Assembly (NCBI GenBank): GCA_005191425.1
Contig: SUPR01000053.1
Span: 1-23,929, forward strand
DNA length: 23,929 bases
Source of the DNA: Candidatus Helarchaeota ASGARD archaeon Hel_GB_B
GTDB taxonomy: Archaea; Asgardarchaeota; Lokiarchaeia; Helarchaeales; HEL-GB-B
Direction of reading: 5' to 3'
Shown: piece by piece, positions 19,700 through 23,929 of the stretch
How positions within the stretch are numbered: the first letter of the stretch is position 1
Layout of the letters: each line of letters starts with the position of its first letter
Position numbers and translations under genes: made by a program
The notes under the pieces: model-generated
Database searches by the model: none
Seen by the model: the letters and a program-made list of their open reading frames with translations, nothing else
Told to the model about the DNA's origin: nothing

Positions 19700-20497
19700 T
19701 TATTTTTCTAAATATTTTTGAATCCGTCTTAAAAATAGAACTGCAGCAACAGCTGCTCCAAAACCATTTCCAATATTAACTACTACTAAACCCGGGGCAC
19801 ATGATTGTAACATGGTAATAAGCGCCCCAACACCTTTTTCACCAAGTCCATAACCTACCGGGGCTGGTACTCCAATAACCGGAACATCTACCAAACTAGC
19901 TACCACTGATGGCAATGTACCCTCCATCCCAGCTACTACTATAATTATTTCCACATCTGATTCTAACATTTCCTTTAATGGCACAAAAAGCCTGTGGATA
20001 CCTGAAATACCAACATCATAAGCTGTTAAAACTTTCCCCCCCATTACTTCTATGATCATTTTAGCTTCTTCAGCTATATATATGTCTGACGTCCCTGCAG
20101 TAATTATCCCAACTCTACCTAATAACTTATTTTTCTTAATATTTTCTGCCTTAAAATAAGCTAACTTTCCTTTTTCATTATAAATAAAATTAAATTCTTT
20201 ATTTAAATAATCTGCAACTTTCTCTTTAATTATTTCAAACTGCTCTCTTGAAACTCTACTTATTAATAGATGCCCCTTCTTACCAATTACCTGCCGCGAT
20301 ATTTTTATAATATCTTCAATTTCTTTGCCTTCAGCATATAATACTTCTGGAAATCCACTTCTAAATTCACGATAAAGATCAAAAGATGCTAATTCCTCAA
20401 TTTTTTCGATATGAAAACTCTTTATTTGTTTTTCTGCATCGTTAATTGATATTGTTCCTGACTTTAAATCTTCTAAAATTTTTCTAATCGAATCCAA
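19700..20497 (-). CDS. larB: Nickel pincer cofactor biosynthesis protein LarB (AIR-carboxylase-like)
   Basis: RSGFPEVLYAEGK, TAGTSD, DVGISGIHRL, VAGMEGTLPSVV, PVGYG and NIGNGFGAA. Confidence 0.95.
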   Translation of the reverse strand: MDSIRKILEDLKSGTISINDAEKQIKSFHIEKIEELASFDLYREFRSGFPEVLYAEGKEIEDIIKISRQVIGKKGHLLISRVSREQFEIIKEKVADYLNKEFNFIYNEKGKLAYFKAENIKKNKLLGRVGIITAGTSDIYIAEEAKMIIEVMGGKVLTAYDVGISGIHRLFVPLKEMLESDVEIIIVVAGMEGTLPSVVASLVDVPVIGVPAPVGYGLGEKGVGALITMLQSCAPGLVVVNIGNGFGAAVAAVLFLRRIQKYLEK

Positions 20498-20536
20498 ATT
20501 ACTTCATCCATATTTTTTATGTTATTTTCGTTATAT

Positions 20537-21019
20537 TTAATGTATATGTAAATCTTTTTCATTGCCATGATGATGGTGGTGAATATCTTCGCCCCTTGTC
20601 GAAAATTCCAGTAATATTTGCTTTACCTGTCTATATTCTGGCCTTGAATTTAAATCCTTAATCAATTGGTTGATCAAATTTGAATTGCCCTTAACTGCAA
20701 TTATTACCATACAGTTATTTTTATCTAAGTGTATATGAAGCGTAGCATCAATTATCTCATAATATTCATGCTGTAAGTCGTTTAAATCGTCCATCATCCC
20801 AATTTTCTGCGTATGGTCAAATATAATTGAAATTGTACCCGCTTTTAATGTCGCTTTATCTTTATATTTTGTCCAATTATATTCTGTAATAAAATTTCTC
20901 ATAGCTTTTCTTATCGCATCTGACCTACTCATCCCAATCTCTTCTCTTATCGAATCGAATTCTTCTAAAAGATCATGCGGTAAACTTACACTAAATCTCT
21001 GAAATTGTTCCTTCTCCAT
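20537..21019 (-). CDS. nikR: Nickel-responsive regulator NikR with a His-rich C-terminal tail
   Basis: Ribbon-helix-helix RFSVSLP...SRSDAIRKAMR; Ni site LQH...LHIHLDKNNC; tail HHHHHGNEKDLHIH. Confidence 0.93.
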   Translation of the reverse strand: MEKEQFQRFSVSLPHDLLEEFDSIREEIGMSRSDAIRKAMRNFITEYNWTKYKDKATLKAGTISIIFDHTQKIGMMDDLNDLQHEYYEIIDATLHIHLDKNNCMVIIAVKGNSNLINQLIKDLNSRPEYRQVKQILLEFSTRGEDIHHHHHGNEKDLHIH

Positions 21020-21043
21020 TTTATATCACAAAATTAAACTTCT

Positions 21044-21766
21044 TTATTTTCTACATATAATTGCAATTGGAAGACTGGCTTTTCTCCACTCGGCATACTT
21101 CCCTGTAAGATTCATTTCAATCGTTTTTTTTCCATGATTTCCTAATATTATAAACAAACTATTTTCACGTAATTGTTTAAACATTCCCAATAACCATTTA
21201 TCTGTCCTATAAATCAACCTCTGAATCAAATTATCTGGTGGGGATTTCTTATAAATTATCGAACGTTGATATAAACTCTCAAAATCTTGAAAATTTAACC
21301 AAATTAAATCTCTTTTATTCAAAATCTTTGACCCCTGTATCCAAGTAGTCATGTCTCCACTTGAATTTATCATCTCTGTACCTTCTGTAAATGTCTTTAC
21401 TTCATTCCCATTACCTATCACTATTGTACTTTTATTATGCAAATTTAAATATTTTAATAAATTAAATTCTTCTTTCTCTAAATCCCCATAGACTATCTGG
21501 TGTAATACAGGTATTGTATGCGGATTTGCCGTCTCTAAAAGTAATAATGACTCTAAATTATTAATTATAAATTCAGGTTTATGTACTACTATCTCAAATA
21601 ACCCAAAATTGTCTAGCACAATTAAAACTACTCTCTCCACTTTATTATTTTGAATTTCTAATACTGGACTTGGTAACCCTTCTGGAATTGGTAAATTAAA
21701 AATATATAATATCGTAGAGGGAATCTGAGTCATTTGTGCATTTATTGTGTGTAAATCTTCATCCAT
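21044..21766 (-). CDS. Alkaline phosphatase superfamily fold protein with degenerate metal motifs
   Basis: VVLIVLDNFG, LIWLNFQDFESLYQ, TDKWLLGMF and LFIILGNHG correspond to the three AlkP-superfamily core motifs. Confidence 0.6.
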   Translation of the reverse strand: MDEDLHTINAQMTQIPSTILYIFNLPIPEGLPSPVLEIQNNKVERVVLIVLDNFGLFEIVVHKPEFIINNLESLLLLETANPHTIPVLHQIVYGDLEKEEFNLLKYLNLHNKSTIVIGNGNEVKTFTEGTEMINSSGDMTTWIQGSKILNKRDLIWLNFQDFESLYQRSIIYKKSPPDNLIQRLIYRTDKWLLGMFKQLRENSLFIILGNHGKKTIEMNLTGKYAEWRKASLPIAIICRK

Positions 21767-21997
21767 TACATCAACCTTTTAATAATAAAAAATTTGACCT
21801 TGTCTTTTAATTATTCCAATATTGAACCTTTTTTAACTTTACAAAAATTTATTTTTAATAATTTCAAATTATTATTGTCATATCTTGAACTTTAAATTTA
21901 TCTTGTATTTTTTTTATATTTCGTCCATTTACATTTTTGAGAATTTCTGTCCCCAATAAACTACTTAAACTTTTAATTAAAATTAATAAAAAATAAA

Positions 21998-22087
21998 AGC
22001 CGGACCCGGGTTTATCGGTCTATTCGCATTCGATCCCGGGACCTTTGCATTACCAGTGCAACGCTCTTCCAACTGAGCTAGCCCGGC
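21998..22087 (-). tRNA. tRNA-Thr(GGT) with a 17-nt intron at 59/60 (22012-22028)
   Basis: Full cloverleaf: GCCGGGC/GTCCGGC, GCTC/GAGC, TTGCA-CTGGTAA-TGCAA, CCGGG/CCCGG and U73. Removing the intron gives 73 nt. Confidence 0.95.
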
Positions 22088-22108
22088 TGATTTTAAAATT
22101 ACGATAAA

Positions 22109-22281
22109 TGGTGCAGGGAGGGGGATTTTCAATATGCATCGTATTGGTGCACTATTTTGAACCCTCGTACTCCTACGAGACAGGATCTTAAGTCAGGACG
22201 CTCTATTCAAGCGCTGTCCTGCGCCGATAGGTTGATCTCATCCAAAAATGAGACCATTTAACCGGGCTTGGCTATCCCTGC
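22109..22281 (-). tRNA. tRNA-Leu(TAA) with encoded CCA and three introns: D-loop about 21/22 (about 22227-22257), 32/33 (22192-22215) and 59/60 (22126-22155)
   Basis: GCAGGGA/TCCCTGC-A-CCA, GCC/GGC, CAGGA-CTTAAGA-TCCTG and a long variable arm CTC-GTAG-GAG. Removing 31+24+30 nt gives an 88-nt class II tRNA. Confidence 0.92.
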
Positions 22282-22646
22282 CTTAATACACAGCGGTAGC
22301 TCATTTATCTTCTGCCTAGCTTCTGTCTAAAGAGCCTTACATCACCCTGCTTAACTTTCTTTATTCTATTCACTCATAACCTTCTTTTTCATTTGTTTTT
22401 TTATTTATTACTACTTCTTTTTTTATTTAATATCTATACATCTTTTCTTTTAATAAAATTTTGATTATTCATTATTTATAAATTTTTATGTTCTCTCCTT
22501 TTTTTATTTAATCCTTTTACCAAAATTAAACTGATTATTTTACTCCTTAAAATTTCTCAGTATTCTCTTTATTTAAATCTGGTTCTTGTTATTTTATTTT
22601 AAAATGTGTTGCGATATTTTTCTCTTTAATATCTATTTTTCTTTTT

Positions 22647-22719
22647 TTTATATTCTTTTTTACTATGTAAATAAAAGATTTTGATTGGATATGAATTTTG
22701 GTAAAAATTCGTTGTTCGT
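22647..22719 (-). repeat. Right copy of the 73-bp inverted repeat
   Basis: Reverse complement of 1-73, 72/73 identical. Bounded by the 16-bp direct repeat TTTATATTCTTTTTTA at 22647-22662 and 22719-22734. Confidence 0.93.
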
Positions 22720-22836
22720 TTATATTCTTTTTTATGCTATTTTCAAATTCTATAATTCTTGAAAATTTATTTAAACCTTTTTACATTTTTATCACTTCAT
22801 ATTATTTTTTCATTAAATTCAATGTCTTAAAAACCT

Positions 22837-23028
22837 CTAGACTGAATTTAACAATGTTTTTAGTAGATGATCTACATTATATTCCGCATTCGGAAACTCT
22901 TTTACTATTTCATCTCCTTCTCTGGATAATCTATTTAATACTTTCCTATAATTCATTGATTTTCTTTCAAATAATTTTACCTTATAGATGATGCCCCCTT
23001 CTAATGCCAACCTAATTTCATCACTCAT
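22837..23028 (-). CDS. Small hypothetical protein (63 aa) or gene remnant
   Basis: ATG at 23028 preceded by GGGGT, with protein-like composition (MSDEIRLALEGGIIYKVKLFERK...). No family recognised. Confidence 0.35.
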   Translation of the reverse strand: MSDEIRLALEGGIIYKVKLFERKSMNYRKVLNRLSREGDEIVKEFPNAEYNVDHLLKTLLNSV

Positions 23029-23162
23029 TTTAAATTTACCCCATGCCAATTTATTTTTCAATATCCATAAATAAGGAGGTGGATTCAAGATACTTCCAAA
23101 GAATGTCATGAGACCAAACAATAGGTTATTAAAAAAGAGGTTTATGAGTTTTCAAAATAGGT

Positions 23163-23656
23163 TCAGAGAAGTACATTGCCAGCCTTATCACAAATAAAGA
23201 CTTTGTTGTTATTCAAGGGAAATACGCTTACAATTTTATATTCGTTAACTAGTTGATGAGCTAATGATCCACTAAGTATGTCCCAGATTTCAATAGAGTC
23301 ATTATATCTAACCAACAGATACTTTTTATCGGGAGTGAGCTTGAAATCATTGATCATCAGGTCTTGGACGTGAATTGGTCGGACATTTTCAGGGATCATG
23401 TCATTTGTAATTTTTTTATAAATCCGCTTTAAGTATCGCTTATTTTTTTAAAATAATTTTGGTTAGTGGAAAATAATCGTTTATTAAGTTTACAATGTTC
23501 CATTAAATTTTTAATGAGTCGTTCGAAATTGGAGTCCCAGACTGTGGAGATAACAGGGTCGAAGATCAAGATAGTAAATTTATCATAAAGAGGGAATTTA
23601 CCTATCCGAGCTCCATAATCTGGCTTAAAATAATATAGTTTAATAATGTCAATCAA
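23163..23656 (-). pseudogene. WD40-like beta-propeller C-terminal remnant with a probable frameshift in the A-run near 23443-23449
   Basis: ISTVWDSNFERLIKNL, FKLTPDKKYLLVRYNDSIEIWDILSG and CDKAGNVLL. The 5' part is lost at the junction with the IS remnant. Confidence 0.55.
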
Positions 23657-23929
23657 ATTAAAGCAGAATTGAAATGTTCTAACTCAACAATATCACGCCT
23701 TTTATTACAGATAGTTGAAGCTATAAATAGTTCTTCATTAACACAACTACATTGGGCCCTGCCGACGCCTGCAAAAGTCCTTTTTGTCGATGAAACTTTT
23801 ATAAAAATCGACAGTTCCAAATATTGGTTAATAGTTGTTGTAAACGAAGAGGTGCATGTCTTGGCATTTGAACTTGTAGATAATAGGGAAAAGGATACAA
23901 TTATGAGGGTAATTAATCGAGCTATAGCA
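23639..23929 (+). mobile_element. IS6-like DDE transposase fragment running off the window (not in the ORF track)
   Basis: After the TAG at 23636 the frame reads FNNVNQIKAELKCSNSTISRLL (HTH)...KVLFVDETFIKIDSSKYWLIVVVNEEVHVLAFELVDNREKDTIMRVINRAIA. No start codon and no N-terminal Zn ribbon. Confidence 0.8.

Noticed and set aside
1526-19779. Antisense ORF-track entries 1526-1708, 2149-2661, 4675-4881, 5688-5966, 8101-8328, 9122-9367, 14235-14528, 16227-16511, 17277-17462, 17754-18032, 18796-19017 and 19417-19779
   Set aside because: Each lies opposite a well-supported gene, has no recognisable motif and shows the composition of shadow ORFs.
21767-21997. NikR operator upstream of the AlkP-nikR-lar run
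   Set aside because: No convincing spaced palindrome can be distinguished from AT-rich background.
22290-22355. Possible C/D box sRNA upstream of tRNA-Leu (GTGATGT...CAGA...ATGAGC...CTGT on the minus strand)
   Set aside because: All boxes deviate from RUGAUGA/CUGA, no terminal stem is evident and targets cannot be tested here.
74-22646. Whole block as a composite transposon or integrated element
   Set aside because: The cargo is essential housekeeping genes (rpl2, rpl23, lig, psmB, tRNAs). There is no integrase and no duplicated tRNA 3' end (att site).
22647-22734. 16-bp direct repeat with a 56-bp spacer as a mini-CRISPR
   Set aside because: There are only two short AT-rich units, with the wrong repeat and spacer sizes and no cas genes.
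22698-22991. 97-aa hydrophobic plus-strand ORF
   Set aside because: It is a T-rich low-complexity frame that crosses the repeat and opposes the better-supported minus-strand small ORF.
23140-23165. TGA at the end of the WD40 fragment as selenocysteine readthrough
   Set aside because: Another stop follows six codons later, the context is not a redox motif and no SECIS-like hairpin was seen.

Overview
Very AT-rich archaeal chromosomal window. It is probably Asgard (Lokiarchaeia-like), inferred from a gelsolin-like gene and archaeal-type housekeeping genes. The core is mostly conserved: psmB, DUF504-nog1, amrS, an isolated rpl23-rpl2 pair, endonuclease Q-UPF0280, two B12/radical SAM enzymes, tldD-pmbA, DUF211 and an AlkP-like/nikR/larB/larC/DNA ligase run. 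Both ends carry decayed DNA with IS6-like DDE transposase remnants. Standout observations that the ORF track misses: (1) a tandem tRNA-Leu(TAA)/tRNA-Thr(GGT) pair with four non-canonical bulge-helix-bulge (BHB) introns, three of them in tRNA-Leu; (2) a predicted mature tRNA-Thr T-loop AUCGAAA, the same as in eukaryotic initiator tRNA; (3) three genes whose conserved N-termini have no ATG/GTG/TTG and appear to start at ATA/ATC behind Shine-Dalgarno motifs; (4) a 73-bp near-perfect inverted repeat bracketing about 22.6 kb. All family calls come from motif recognition by eye; no searches were run.
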